From: Nemertoderma westbladi
Lineage: Eukaryota; Animalia; Xenacoelomorpha
Assembly: GCA_032718475.1 (NCBI GenBank)
Contig: JAUCBJ010001005.1
Coordinates: 1-64,000, forward strand
Direction: 5' to 3'
DNA length: 64,000 nucleotides
A program made the position numbers and the translations under genes. The notes under the pieces were generated by a model that saw only the letters and a program-made list of their open reading frames with translations, had not been told where the DNA came from and did not search any database. Positions 34,095 through 49,170 of this stretch are shown piece by piece (positions within the stretch are counted from its first letter, which is position 1; every line of letters begins with the position of its first letter).

Positions 34095-37000
34095 TTAGTC
34101 TTTCTTTCGTGAATGGCGTTTACGAAGTTTTTTGAGGCTAGTAAGAGTCCTTTTCTCTTTGGGGCGAACCACTTTACTAGGAGGGCTATAACTCCTGGGT
34201 GAGGGGTGCAATACAATTGCATCGGAAGGTTTCGGATTACGGTCGGTGTATCCGCCGGTCGAGGTACCCGGTTGATTGATATCAACCTCAGTGGAACGAG
34301 GTCAAACAACCTTTAGAGCGCGTTTCAGGACAGCAGCTCTTACTGGTCCCTGACGGGTCGTTTGCACGAGAGCGGTAGGTTGACCGTGAGTAGTGAGAAA
34401 TTTCCTCGGTTTGATGGTTCTTTCCAACTCGCGTTCTCGGGCTCTATATTCATATGGTCGTCTATGAACTTCTTGTAGCTCTGGATGCGAGTTTATAAAC
34501 AAGTCACCATATTCCGGATCTTGGCGGATGAAGTTGATCAAGTTATGGGAATTAAGGTTGTTAGGATTAATATTCCTAAGGTACTTGCGAACAAATTTAG
34601 TCAAAATATTCTCGCCAACACGCTTCATTAGCTCGTAGCTAGGGGTGCGAGATTTTTGCTCAACGGAAGCAAAGAGATATGGGTGAAACGCGTAGACTCC
34701 TTCATAGGCACGTCCAGGATAGTATCGATGACGTGATTCACAATGGAGATCTGCGTTAGCTTCCCAGGCTCTGATAAAACGCAGGGCAACCATTTCGTCT
34801 ACGCTTTCTAGATCTCGGTTGAAAGGGCAATTGAAACTTGCGTGTCCCTTAAACTGGCAATGATGACATTGAGTCATAAATTGAGGACTGACTGCGAAGA
34901 TGTGTAGATTATTGAGTCTACAATACGCACAATAAATCTCCATAGAAGGTTGATCCTTAAAGTAGGAGCAGGGTACCCTGGAGTCCACCGGGGTAAAGTG
35001 ATCTCGTGATGCGCATAATCGGCAACGTTTCCTAGAAACATAATTGGCATGCCAATAGTCGTATGCGGTGAGACATTGTGGACCTTGATACCATTCCAGA
35101 ACATAATCATTGTCACTGCTCCTGGGCGCTGTGGGTTGAATCTCCTCGGACTCCAAGCAAAATGGTTTGTCTTCCAATTGCATAGCTGAGGTAGGTGTAG
35201 CTGTCTCCTCAAGCGAACCCACTGTTTGAACTTCCACGATAGAATAACCTGTGGGGATTCGGGGTCTTTGTATGACAGATGAATGTAAGTTCTGTATACA
35301 AACGTTCTTAAAAATGGCGAATCCAGCGCTGTCCAACTTCTCAGCAGCTGAGTCTCTTAAGCTGCGCTTGGTCAGAGCGCGGTCCTTGAACTGACTATCA
35401 ACGTTACGGAACGGAGTCAGAAAGCGCCTAAAGCGTTCGAATCGGATGAATTTATTGTGTTCATCTAGCTTGGCGAGTTTGGTTCCAAGTAACAAGGGGT
35501 GGGCACATATAGTGCGACTGCACACATCGGCTAGCCAACCGGCAAGTGCAGCATTCTCGAAGATAGTGTATATAGCTAATGAGGGACGGAGTGGAACACT
35601 CATAAAGCTATAAACGACGCCAGGTGCGGTTAATGGTCTGTCGAAGTATAATCGAGAATAATGATCTCCATATACTTGTTGGTAGCTGACAGGGTTTCCG
35701 ACTTTGAAATTCCATCCGTATTCATGGAAGGCAAGATGTCCAATAGAGGTTTGTTGTACTTTATTGATTCCGCTGGATGTATTAGCATACATAGTTCGGA
35801 AGAAACCTCGCCCTTCTGCCCAGGGAGCAATCAGCTGGGTGTCTACGAAAGGATATGGGATATTCTCCATGTTTCTGAAGTCATTTTGGAGATCTCCATA
35901 AACAGCTGAGCCGATTTTAAGGATTCTCTCGTCAAACAGCATCTCGAGCACTGGCTGGGGTAGCATCGATCCATCTATACCCATGGCCGGTTTGCGCTCG
36001 GTATCGGTAACATAACGCTGCGCGAGTTCGAATTGTCCATGTCGGAGTTTCTTTTGTATCTCAGTGAGAGTCTCAAAAGAATAATCGATCACGTCGGAAC
36101 ACGCTCGAGTAAACACATGGGTAGAACCAGCTAGTCCACGTATGTGTATCATTCGCGTAGTTCCCAGTTCTCCAACCGGAACGCTACCTTTGTTATCGTA
36201 AGTGACAACTCCATACATTTCGATAACGTTAAGAGTTTTTGTTCCACTCTTTGGTGGCATTTTCTATGGTCATACCCACCGGATGCCATAAGGTGGCGCG
36301 TTTGCTTGCATTAGGTAGATCGCTATACTTCAGATAATGTGTAGTATAAGTCTCTGCATCTCCATATCGCTGTATTCTCTCTTCCTCGAATAATACGTCG
36401 AGATTCCAATGGACTAATCGAGTTTTAATAAATCCATCAAGATTATACGGAGGCATTATTACGGAAGCTGCTTCTTCTCTCTCGTCCATTTCAATGTGCT
36501 TCTCCTCGAGCTGATTTTCCTCCGCTTGTCATTGGAAGTGTTCATCCAAAAACTCTTGTAGAGAGTAGGTTCGTCCAAGTTCGATATCTTCTTCGAGATT
36601 CTGGATTTCTCGATCGAACTGGGGTAAAGCTAATTCTTTTACCGCTTGGACTTGTTGTTGCAATTTACGTTTGTCTAAACAATCGTAGGTTCCTTTTCTG
36701 ATCTTTTGCCGAATAGCGTCTAACGCGTTTCGTACAACGCTCTCCTCCACTTCGGTGACAGGTTGTATCGGGGTTAAACCGGGACGATTATACGGTTTAA
36801 ACGGCGATATTAGATGTCCACGTCCCAATCCGGCTAGGTAGGATGGGCGAATATCTAGAGAGCCCACAACCGGAGTGCCACCGACTAATTGTTCGGGTAA
36901 CACTAGATCTTTGAACAATGAGTACAGTTCAGGAGGATCTGTCATACTATTAGGATCAAGAGTCTGAGGTCTCACCAGGGAATAAGGAGGTCTGACCGAG

Positions 37001-37851
37001 TATTCCGGAACTCTGATCATAGGCTTGTTTAAGGATCGTTTGAGTCGAGCGAGCGTGGGTGATACGTCGAACAAGTTTCCATCGAAACTCCCGTAAGTAT
37101 AGCGAGTAAAACTGTGCTTAGCGCAATGTCTCCGTGGATGTTTATGTCTTTCCGTTTGTTGGTTGGGTCTAGGGCATTCATCGCAATAATACCAAAGACG
37201 CACATCTTGTAGGGGAAACACAGGTGATCTTTCTCCAGTTTTACAATATTCCTCCATCTGTTCGAAGCTATCCGGTACAACAGGTAGTGGTCGATCGGCG
37301 GTAAGATACATCATAGTGAAATAGAGTCGTTTGAGTTCTATCATAGGGTTATGATGTATACCTTGAGGATATCGAGTTTCTAGATTTTGTTGACTGGCTA
37401 CATTGAGATATGTTTTTCTCAGGAATTCCAAATATTTGTTGAAGTCACTGCGTTTATCCGACTCTTCAACATCTTCTCTTTCGAGTCGATTTCGAATAGA
37501 ATTTTCATGTTCGATTCTCAGTTTATCATTCCGACTCCGCTGGGTATGATATTTAAATAGAATCATTTCCCTTTCGGTGTCTACATTGTCCGTATCGTGT
37601 AAATCGATAGGATGACCAGTAGTTAAGAAGTCCATATACGTACCATTACGATGCGTATAGTGAGCGGTGAATTTTCTATAGTCCAATTCATGCGTGAGCT
37701 GCTCCTTTGACATTGGCAGTTCGATATAGCGGCCATCGTCCTCCGTAGTATGTTGACTAGCGTCGCTGCATATTAAACTATCAACAAACACTTGCAATGG
37801 TAGGGTATATCGCTCCCTGATACCAAGATCATCTTCTATCAACTCAGTCAT
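34095..37851 (-). pseudogene. ORF3 (exonuclease plus zinc knuckles) of copy B, with stop, frameshifts and a ~0.5-kb deletion
   Basis: Fragments 36529-37851, 36229-36489 and 34302-36260 align to ORF3 of copy A; the segment matching A ~6000-6512 is missing. Confidence 0.9.
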
Positions 37852-39615
37852 GGCTGCTATATGAGTTTATAGATATTATAATTAATAATAATTAGGCTAG
37901 CGGTTGTCGCTGCCTCCCCCTCAGTGCCCCCGGACAGCGCAAGATCCTCAGCGCTATGTACTGTCGTCGCTGTGCCTCTCGCCAATGTAGTAGCTACACA
38001 ACGACAACAATAACCAGCGCGAGTCACTCCACTGTCCATCCCAAGGGCTTAGATTTACTGGAGGTTCTTGCTACAGACAACTGCGACTCGCTACTGTAAA
38101 CACACTTTAGTAGTAACATTCACCTATAAATACACAAATTCCACACTCCTGTCACAATTTGTACAAATTCGGGCCATTTGTCCGTTAGTCAAATGCCTTC
38201 CAGAATGCCACGTTATTATTATGTATCCCTGGATACTAGCAAGGTGCTATTTATTCCGCATGCTATTCAATGGGGCAAGCTTTCTATTGTTCTTTTAACT
38301 CGCTTCTAATTCTAGCGTGGTTGTTGCTATGGTGACATTATGGAAAGCTAGCGGTAGAATTAGGGTAATTCTCATGCATACAGATCTGGGATGCTATTTA
38401 ATAGTGATTCTTTAATTGTCAATATTCCCCTTATACATGATTTTATGAATTTTATCGGCTATTGTCTGTACACTGGAGATTCTCGCACACTAATATACTT
38501 AATAGGGTGAATCTCCGCTCCCATGATCTATTAATTAATGGAATTTTGGGAATGTTATAAATTGTATAAAATGACAATTTATCAAATTCATGAGAGGATA
38601 TGAATTTAAAATTTATTCCCGTGAATTTTATTATTTGATATTAAATAGACACAATTTTATTCCAGAACATGTCTGGGAACTAGGATCCTTAATTCTAGAA
38701 ATTTTGTCTTTTAAGAGTATCGGTAAGTGCTACGATATCCTAATCGACTAGAATTTTAGAGGATCTAAATTTTAACAGATTTTGATTTATAGATTTTCTA
38801 GAGTCAATTTGTTAGTATTTACTCTATTGTAACATTTGTTTTAACAGATTTTATAAATATTTATTAAATATTTAATATTTAAGATGGGCACCGATTTCTT
38901 CCAGAACATGTCTGGGGACGTTAACCACTGATTCTAGAATTTTGTCTTTCAAGTATATCGGTGGGTGCCGCGATATCTTAATCGACTAGAATTTCAGATG
39001 GTCAAAGGGTTTAACAGATTTATTTGAAGATTCATTAACAGATTTGTTTGATAACATTATTAATATTAATAATGTTTGTTAATATTTTTGAACTTCAATG
39101 CTACTGTTAAATGGACATCATTCTACTATATGTATTATTTAATATACGGTATGAGAGCAATATTGCAAGAAGCAATGTCAGTGAGAAGAGGCAAGTCGTT
39201 TCCAAGGTCTACCCAGAGCTTGGTTTAGCCGAGACACAAGGATCCGAACTTTGCATTCCTAATACTCTACATACCAATAATACTTGAGTATAGTAGGGGC
39301 GGTATTGTACTTTTAATATGTACGGACATTTCATCTTACTGTAGTCACATATTTATAGTATGATACGGACAGTAAGGAAAGAGAAAATGAATTATTTCTC
39401 GCCGTTAAACGAAATATATTATGCTAAGTAATTAAGTAATAAGACACTGATATATTGCACTAATCTACTGAATAATTGTTAAAATATTATTCTACAAAAT
39501 AAAATTAAAGAAAACGATTTTAATAATAAAATTACATATATAATAATGCATACATAAATATAAAATAATAAAAAAAATATAAAATAATGAAGTCACACAC
39601 CCACTCCAAACGCTA

Positions 39616-42600
39616 TTACGTTGGGGAGTCCCTAGATGTTTGTTGGATTAGGGAGGTGGTCGTGGGAAGAGTCTCTTGCCTTCCACAGTTCCCGGACAAC
39701 TCTCGGTCTCTTTCCAGTAAACATAAACGACCAACTGGGCGATTAAGTTGTTGTGTTTCGAATACAATTCCAGGTTTCTTAACGTTACGTCGCATGACGA
39801 TGAGTTCCACCGATCGCACTAAACCATCATCGGATATATGAGTCTCGATGATACGGCCTGTCTGCCACCTCTTACGTGGAAGATCTGATTCCACGATAAG
39901 GACCATGTCTCCGGCGCTGACGTTTTCTTGTGCGCAAACCACTTTGTTTGAAGTTGTAGCGTAGGAAGATAATGTTTTTCGAAATGGTCAGCGAAACGAC
40001 GGGATAATAACTGCATAAGTTGCCAAGTTTGTCGGCAGTATTAGTCTCCGTCTGTGAATTCCTATTGCGGGAGCATGGCTACAGGTTTCTTTAGTAGGAA
40101 ATGCGCGGGTGTTAGCTCTTCTAGGCAGTCGGGACTCGATGAGACTGGCATAAGCGGTCTCTCATTAAGATAGGCGGCGATTTCTTCCATTAACGTCCGC
40201 AAAAGTTCGTCGGTGATATAAAGTGAAATGCGGTCTTCACGCTCTGTATTAGTCTCTCCCAACTTCCTCCCCACCAAGGGGCGTCGGCGGCGTTGAAGGT
40301 CCAGCTAGATGCTGTTACCCTTAGCTGATCGTCCACCTGTCTTTGGTTCCAATCTTTCACGTAAGCTGTGATCTCATCATTGGCGCCAATGAAGTTCGTT
40401 CCTTTGTCGGATCTCATAGTGTTGCTAGTCCCAAAACGAGCGATCTGTCGGCGTAAACTCAGTATGAAGCTGTTGGTAGATAGATCGTTCACCATATCTA
40501 GATGGATCGCTCTACAAGTCATACAGATAAAGATGACACACCATCGCTTGACTATAGTCCTAGCACGATATACTTCAATAGGGCCAAATAAATCCACACC
40601 AGTATTAGTAAATGGTGGTTCATAGAAGCTTACTCGTTCCCTAGGTAATTCTGCCTCTCGCTGTGTTAAAGGCCTACTAAATGCTTTCCTACAGGGTATA
40701 CAGTTCCTAAGAACTTGGTTAAGAGCTCTATGGGGCTTATGGAAATAATAGCGAGTTCGAATTTCGCTAAGAACTCATTCTCTACCATCATGGTAAAGTC
40801 TACTGTGAACATCTACAATCATCTTGATTTGTATTTCAAGATTTCTAATGAGTATGGGAAACTTAGTGTCAAAGGACAATGGAGCATTAGTTAATCTCCC
40901 TCCGACACGTATTAACCCATCTATCATTGTGCTAGAGAAACGATCCCTTAAGCGCATCTGTGGATTTCTCAACAACAGGAAATACTTATCGGAATCTTCG
41001 TAGCACTGCAGGAGTCTCAGTATCTGCTTATTGGTATCCTCATGTTCTTGGTAACTGATCTTCTCAGTCAGACACCTATCAGACACTTTATAAGTGGGAA
41101 GGTCTTTAATAATATGGACTTTTTCGGATATTATTGGAGCGGTATCACTAGCGATCTTCATCCTGGAATAGTGATGATGTAAACATCTTTTCAGATACAC
41201 AATGGCCTTGCTAAGCCGATTCCAGGAGCTATAATGATCTATTGCTCTCTGTAGGAGAGGGGAGAGTCCTTGCGAGACATCTGGTGTTCCAGATTTCCAG
41301 TCTCTTTCCCTGATTTCTATAACGGATCTAGTCGTAATGGGTGAGTTTAGATCCACAGCGTCGTCCCCGGAGGTGTGTAGTACAGACAGATCTATCACGG
41401 GTTTAAATAACTTTGATTTACTCGTCTGGGTTTTAGGTTTGACTTTCTCCGCTCCCTTGTCTTGTCTAATCTCCGCTGTGGTGAGATGAGGGGGCCATTC
41501 CAACGCTTCTTTACTCAGGAAGTCGGGTCCATCTAACCAGTCTGGAGTATCTATCAGTTCTTGAGGAGTTGCTCCTCTAGAGGCGATGTCAGCTGGATTA
41601 ATCGTCCCAGGGCAATGTCTCCATTGATCTACATTAGAGCGACTGAGTATAATGGCTACTCTGTTGGAAACGAAGACGCTGAACTGACAGACTTCATTTG
41701 TTATATACTCCAGAACGAGTAAAGCATCAGTCCAATAGACAGTTCTCTCTAGTGGATAGTCGATCTGTTCTGTTACATTCCAGCCGATGGCTGTAGCGTA
41801 TAGAACCGCCTTTAACTCCGCTCTAGGAACTCGTAGTTTGTTGTTTATTAGGGCCTTAGAGGCGACCAAGGCAACTTTAATTCCATCCGGAGTTTCAATC
41901 CTCAGGTAGGCTACTATACCTATTCCCCTATCGCTGGCGTCTCCAAACACATGGAGTTGATAGGAATACGTGGGGAGAACGTGACCAAAATATGAACGGG
42001 AAATCTTAAAGTTTTCGATGGATGGTAGAGAATCTTCCCATTTCATCCACTTCTTTAGCAGTTCTCCCGTAAGTGGATCATCCCACGAGTGGTTTTCGAG
42101 CCACATTTATTGCACTAAGCTCCAAGCAACTAATATAACTGGGCTAATAAACCCCAATGGATCGAAGTAAGTGTTCAGGATACTTAGACAAATCCGTTTA
42201 GTTCTAACTGGATTATCTCGTTTTAACTGAAAGAATAGGATATCTCTCTCTGTGTCCCATTTTAATCCAAGCGTCTTGGTTTCCGGAAGATTGTCCTTAA
42301 TGAGGTCCAGATCTTTAACACCTCGGTCTTCTACCGGAATCGATTCCAGAAACTCACGGGAGTTACTAGGGAATTTGGTTAGCCGAAATCCACCGCATTG
42401 CAAGCACTCTACCGTTCCCTTGGCAACATCAATGGCTTCTTCCACCAATGGGAGGGACTTTAAATTGTCGTCCATGTATATATCCCGTTTGATGTTGTCG
42501 ATAACCGCTTTAGAGAAGGCGTCTCGGTTGTCATCAGCAGTGGTACGCACTACCAAACAATGAGGGGCTCGAGATGATCCCGAAAGCCTGGATGGTCATC

Positions 42601-45600
42601 CAGTACTCCACCGGTTTTTGGTTGAGGTCTCCTTCAGGCCACCACAGAAATCGTAGGCTGTCTCGATCCCTATCCAGCGCCTTGACTTGTAAGAACATGC
42701 CTTCTATGTCCGAAGCGAATGCGATAGAATATTGCCGCAGTCTTAGTAATATTCCCAACAAAGATTGGAGTAAGTTGGGTCCCGGCAACAGTTCTGAATT
42801 TAGGGATTGACCCATGTAAAGGGCGGAGCCGTCAAACACTACCCGGACTTTGTTGGGTTTACCGGGCTTGGGAACGTAATGATGTGTTAGATAATACGTT
42901 CTCTCCATTATGGGTGTTTCTTCTGGAACTCGCTCCACGTATCCCTTATCAATAAATTTCTTCAGTTGGGTTTTATACATTTCCCTGGCTTGAACGTTAG
43001 CCGTCAGGCGCCGATGTAGTTGTGTGATTCTCTTTTCCGCTAAAGGTCTGTTATTTACGAAGCTGTGTTCTCGCCGTCGAAACGGAAGACCAATCTCATA
43101 GCGACCTTCATCCTTCAGATAACGTGTAGTCATTTCCTGAATCTACTTGGCTCTCTCTTCCTCGACAGACAAGGCTTTGTCGTAGGAATTAGGCTCTACA
43201 GCTTCTTGAGTAAGGAATCGTACAGCGTGTTCATCGCGGATTTTGTTATTGTATCGATCTATCACTTCGTTTAATTCATCGTTATAGGTATATTGTCCGC
43301 CAGGTTGATTGACAAGATGGCATAGGTTGACTTGGTTTAACCAAGTTTGGTTCTCAGTGAGGAGATCGATGGTATTTTCCTCATCATACAAGTGGTTGAT
43401 GTCGTCGTTGTCTGAGGAGTATGGAGTTTCCTCAGTTGGGGTTTCTTCCTCACTGATTTCTTCTTCCCATTCACTCACCTGGTGTATTCTTTCATGAGGG
43501 AGTCTTTCCATTAAGGTCCTATGGGAAGGTCCAGTGAAGTACCAACCTACTCTCGTTCTTCCCGCATACATCTGTCCCAGCGAGTTGTTTGTCCCAGCGA
43601 GTACCTACTCCACCCTTTGGCAAAGTAGATGCTACGGCTCCAACAACCATATAACTCTGGTATTCTTGAGACTTACCTAACCAATCTAACTGTCTACAGA
43701 TCTCCTGAATCTCATCAGAAAATTCTATAATCGCGCTGCTAAGAAACGTTCGGGGCGCTACTAATTTCGCATACAGATACCTAGCTATGTTAGTCCTATT
43801 ATCATACCTCATGTTTAGTGTATCCCAAACTTGTCTTAATCCGTCTGGATGTCCAATAAACTTTAACGCCATTAACTTGGGAGGTCCTTCCAAGCACTCG
43901 ATGAGGAATCGAAGTTTCTCTCCATTGGATAGTACAGAGTTCTGTATGTTATCTTTATAATATTCATCCGGTTCGATTCATCGGTTCTAGCCATTTGACG
44001 CATAAAACTTTCTTGGGCCATCATATTATTTAATATCGAGTTATCGGTATATAAATTTCTCGGATTAGGATCAGGTCTATATGGAATATTGTTATCAACA
44101 GGTTTATAATTACCCTTAATAGGGTTCACTATAGGAGTTTCTACTTCACTAGCAGTATAGATGCGTGTAGGCTCCACACCTTGCGCATGAAATACTTCAG
44201 ACCTAACTGGCTGACACATTGTTACAGGGGGTTACCATATTTGTTACCATTTTGTTACCATATTTGTTAACATTTTATTTCATACCCATTTGTATATTTA
44301 CTAATTTATCGCGCTCTAAAGCCATACTTTGTTGTACTTCTTGCAACTCTAACCTACTCTCTCTTACTGTTCCCTTTAACAGCTGAACAGTCCCTTCCAA
44401 TTCACGGACCTGCTGGGAAGACTGATTCTTGTGGGCTTCCAGCTGTCCGAGCAGCTGATTCATCCCCTGTCGTCCCTCGTCCACCCACTCAACCGCAGAG
44501 GCGGGAGCCGCCAACATGGTAGCTGGGTGGCATATAGGGACGACGGGAGACAGTTTATTTATAATGTCTTGCTCGGCGTCCAGGACTGTGTTGGATTCCG
44601 GGGGTTGTCTACTGGGCACAGGTAGTTTAGTACTGTGCAAAGGGAATTTGGAGTTAGGTTCTGGAAGTACAGGGGTCTCTATCAAGGGAGTGGCTTCAAT
44701 AACAGGCCTAATTATTTCGGGCTCGTCTACTATAGTAGGGAGTCTTTCTACTCTAATAATTTGGTCTGTAGGCTCTTGATTACTTAAATCTACATTAGCT
44801 AGTTGCCTTCTCACCGCAGGAGGCAAATTAGGTAACTTCTGCCAGTGTGGCGTTCCTCTACGTCCGCTTGAACGAGATTGATTACCTTTACCCTCGGGAT
44901 CCATTGTATCACCGTCATCAGAGGAGGTAAATCCCTGTCTTCTGGGAGTAGATCGACTCAGTAGTTGAATCTGAGTAGCTGCCCTTTGTTTATTTAAGTA
45001 ATCTTGTTTCGCCTGAAGATTTTCCAACTCTAGTTGGGTTGTCGCTTCAGATACCTTCCGTTCTGCTTCTGCCACTGCCGCTTTTCTTTCAGCCTCTGCT
45101 GCTGCCGCCACCACTGCCGCTTTTCTTTCAGATTCTGCCGCTGCTGCTGCCACTTTTCTTTCAGATTCTGCCGCTGCCGCTGACCTTCGGTCTTCTATTT
45201 GCCTTTTCTTAATTTGCTCTTCTTGGTCCATAGCGATGAGGATGCTTTCATCAAATTTAGCCTGTTCTGCAGCTAATATTTCCGCATCTAAAGAATCTAA
45301 CACGAATTTGCCTCCCTCTCTATTGGGATGAAGTCCAGCTAGCTGTCTTCTGAGCTCTTTGTCTCCTATAAATCGTTGATAATCCGATAAATAGATGTCA
45401 ATCGTATCCTTCTTCTGAGGTTTTTCGGATATCGCTTCGCCTTCCACATGAGAAAAGGTGGCGTCTGTTGATTCTCCGTGGGTCATGCGCTCAGTTAGCT
45501 GAACTTTCCATTGTGTCGTTCCCTGGACCTTAACACTCACTCGTTGGAACCAAGTCTTTACAGCCACTTGCAACGACGTGTCTTGGCTTCTCTTCGAGGC

Positions 45601-46361
45601 CTCCTCAAAGGCTGAAAGGATTAATCTGATCCGTAAGATACGTTCTCGCACTTGATAAAGCAGCTCTCCCTGCTCTTGAGGTCCTTGACGTTGTTGAAAT
45701 AAATGTTCTTCTAATCGCTCCAAGGAGCTGAAGAATCCCTGGACATATCCTGCTGCTGACCTCTTCCATATAGCTGGATCTCGAGTGTCCCTTACTATCC
45801 CCATTCGGTATATGTCCTCCCAGGCAGCTTCCGATAAATTAAACGGGAGTCCGGGTCCGGGGAAGTTCTATTGTGTCTCTACAATATACCTTAGTTCCTC
45901 CATCGTATGTCCCGCTTAACTGTCCCTGGTCGATCTCTTATTTCTCATCCAATCAGCTTGATGTTCCTCCACAACGATCAATACTCTAGTGAGTACGGCC
46001 CCAGGAAGAATTAGAAGTGGATCTGGATAAACTGCTTCTGCCATCCTTGCTCCGATCTCGGGCGTTAACTCTTCAGTGTCGGAACTACTAGAGTTATTCT
46101 GCCATTGAGAAATAAGTTCCTGGCTCGGGTGCTGCTGCTGCTAACAGCCGTCTCTTGGTCTCGCTTAACTTGAGCCCTAGTGCCTATAATAGACCTATGA
46201 TGCTTTACTAGCCTAGAGTCTGATACCACTACTGTAGGGATGACCTTTCTTACAGTAGGAGGGGACTTGGACTTTGGTCTGAGATGTTCAATACTTTGAT
46301 CTGGGTCACAGATCGTTCTTTCTAGGAGACTATCTGACAGTGTTTGCTTTGTGTCAGACAT
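39616..46361 (-). pseudogene. gag-pol of copy B, fragmented; zinc knuckles and protease deleted
   Basis: Collinear ORF fragments homologous to 52600-60709; junction near 43570-43600. Confidence 0.9.
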
Positions 46362-47990
46362 GATTTATTTTACAGTTGAATGCCTACTACTATAATGACA
46401 GTTAAAGCAAGTCTAGGAATCAGTATCAACTGTCAGCCTAGTAGTTATTTACTGATACCGTTACTCAGTGTAACGTGATATATATTTAATATTAAACTAC
46501 CGGTATACACTTATAGTATATATATAAGTATTATTTACAGACTAGGATCAGTCACAGAATACCGGCATATACTTTCAGCCTAAATTTATATAAATATAAT
46601 AAGCTTACCGTAAATACCGGTAATGTCAATTATTTAATAATAACTGAATTTCTGAAATTTAGGGTTACTTCCCTTTACTTTATTACTGATATTAAGCAGT
46701 AGTTCAACTGATATTAAGACCTATTTGATGTATGACAGGCCTACTATTTTATAAATCTGATTGAGTTGATTTATAATTATAAATATATACCCGTACAATG
46801 GGTTTTGATTATATTTGAAATAAATGTTATTATTTCTGGATAAGAAGTCACTACACAGAAGCTAAACGCTCTCAGTGGAGTGCTACTTGTTAGACACTAA
46901 TACTGATAATTCTAATTTACTAAGTTACTTATCACTACAAATTACTTACAATCAGGTTGAGATTACAATCTCTAAATAAACAGTAAACAAGTTACACGTA
47001 CAATTTTTTAGGGTAATTTTACAAGAAATCTACAAACCAGTCTAACAAGGAGTTAGAATTTCTGGTTCTTACAAACTGACAGGAAACTACGGTAGTTGAA
47101 ACCAATAAAGTAGTAGTAAGTAAGTTGCGTTTTCCAGATAAGGAAATGCCACCGTCTGACGACTTATAGTTTTAAACTATAAGTTATGTACCTGGAGTGT
47201 CCTTACCTAGAGGTTAATTATCGAAGCCAACCAGAGCTAACGTACCTATTAACCACGTTACAACACAAATATACTGCCTACACACTAAATTACTTTTGGA
47301 AAGCACTGTACGCTAAACCCTAAATTAGGTACAAGTACTTATACAACAAATAACCAGCAGTTAAATATACGTGAATAGCCAAAAGAACCACGGTATCTGC
47401 TGGAGTGACCGGAGCACAAAGTCACCAGTCTTTACCTATGCCAAGCAGCCCTGATGTAGTACCGGGGTTAATTTAACTATAACAGTATGTATAACAAGCA
47501 CAATTACTGTAGGAATAAACTTGGGGAATTGGAGGTTGCGAATACTCGCATAAACTCTGAATAATAAATATTACGCTACCCGTGCAGACTATTCAAACAA
47601 AACACAGACCAAATGCTGGCAGACTACTGTCAAGCCTAAATAAATAGTATATGCAGACTCTGAAATGGTTAGTTAGTAGGCGTTCTAACCAAGTAGTACG
47701 ACTTATTCTTTCGGGGGGGATTTACCTTACAGCACTGGATGCCCCCACCTTCCTAACTAGCACTTTATCGGACAGACACTCTTCACACACCGCAATCGCC
47801 TCAGACCTAACAACAGTTAGACAACAATCCGGCCTACAAATTATTTATACAATCTGAGCAGGCTTACGTGCCTTCTGCTCAATATTACACTTACAGATAA
47901 ATAAAACTGACAGAAATATATATGCTCTAAAAGAAATAAGGGGTGTACAGTCCCTACTCTCTTAAACAGCCTACTAATATACAATATTGA

Positions 47991-48083
47991 GAGTAGCGCC
48001 CACCCCTACCCTCGGGTAGCAGCTATCGAAAGAGGAGCCTTCGGGTCGCCTCCGGCTTCGGCCGACTGTTTGCTTGCTTGCTT
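47991..48083 (+). mobile_element. 5'-truncated SINE tail inserted in the leader of copy B
   Basis: Matches 21642-21737; absent from the homologous position of copy C (~50590). Confidence 0.85.
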
Positions 48084-48201
48084 ATCACAATCGAAATAAT
48101 ACTGCTGTACCTGTAAGTACTGGTTTGGGTGATTAGGCCTACAGTTTTACTGTCTGACTGGTACATTCGACTTTATTGTCTACGGCACAATAAAGAAACC
48201 C

Positions 48202-48213
48202 TAAATCTATTAA
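48202..48213 (-). other. Non-tRNA PBS of copy B (TTAATAGATTTA), complementary to its own LTR
   Basis: Abuts the LTR end; exact inverted match to 48982-48993. Confidence 0.8.
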
Positions 48214-49170
48214 TGTTCGCGCTTTTAGACCTTTAGCAGTTTAACCTGCCAATTTTAGTTGTCCCCTTGTTTATAAATCGACTTTAGCCTTTTACCAATT
48301 ACCTAGTGTACTGAAGTTACATCAGCCAAAGCCAGTCCGTGCGCGGCGTATGACCCACGGTGTGGGAGACTGGATTCGGATTCCTTGGGAGTTATTGCAG
48401 TGTAGACCTACTGTATTATTCGATTGATCGCTACTATATAATCTCTGACAACTATATTCACTTTCGGGGAAATATTAACAGTTCCTTTAGGATGTGGCGC
48501 TTTAAGTATAAAAACAGAGTTATGACTTATACTAATCACAACTAGATGGCCACAGAGTTTCGTAAATAGCGCATTCTTTAGGAGATGCTTTATTAACCTT
48601 CACACTACTTCACACGACTTCACACTACTTTACACTAGTTCGCACTAATCTGCCGACCGTCACTGAATTTGATCATATATAAGGAGGATCTCAACTGACA
48701 CACGTAGGGATTATGAAATAGCATTTAATTCACACAAAACCACTATAATTTAAGTCGCAGTTGCTACCAGTAAACTCTATTCCTCTTACCTCAGTAATCA
48801 ATAAGATTGAGGGGTTTATGATTATTTATTGGTATTCTCCAAATATAACATCAATATCCATTAATATAACAATTAATACTATAAACAGAAGTAAATAATG
48901 CGGTGAACAGTCAGTATGTGTTACTTATGCAGTTATGAAATGTTCAGTGGTGCGTCAAATAAGTTGAAATGTGATCAAATGTTAATAGATTTACGTTCTT
49001 ATAACCAAGGCCATCTGATGTTCCTAGGCCAAAGTCTGAAACTTCCGCACAGAAGCACAGAAAATTCTGAGTTGGTTCTGATGCTCAGAAAATAGTAAAC
49101 AAAGACCGTAATGCATTGCGTGAGTTTCCATAGGTTTCTGTTAGCTGTAAAGTGAAAATTGCTCTGATTG
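48214..49170 (-). repeat. 5' LTR of copy B (outer ~166 bp displaced by copy C)
   Basis: Identity to the 3' LTR stops at gctctgattg, exactly where copy C begins. Confidence 0.95.

Larger units (their letters stand above)
32895..49170 (-). mobile_element. BEL/Pao copy B (second subfamily); defective, 5' LTR interrupted by copy C
   Basis: LTRs at 32895-34016 and 48214-49170; same gag-pol/spacer/ORF3 layout as A and C. Confidence 0.95.
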
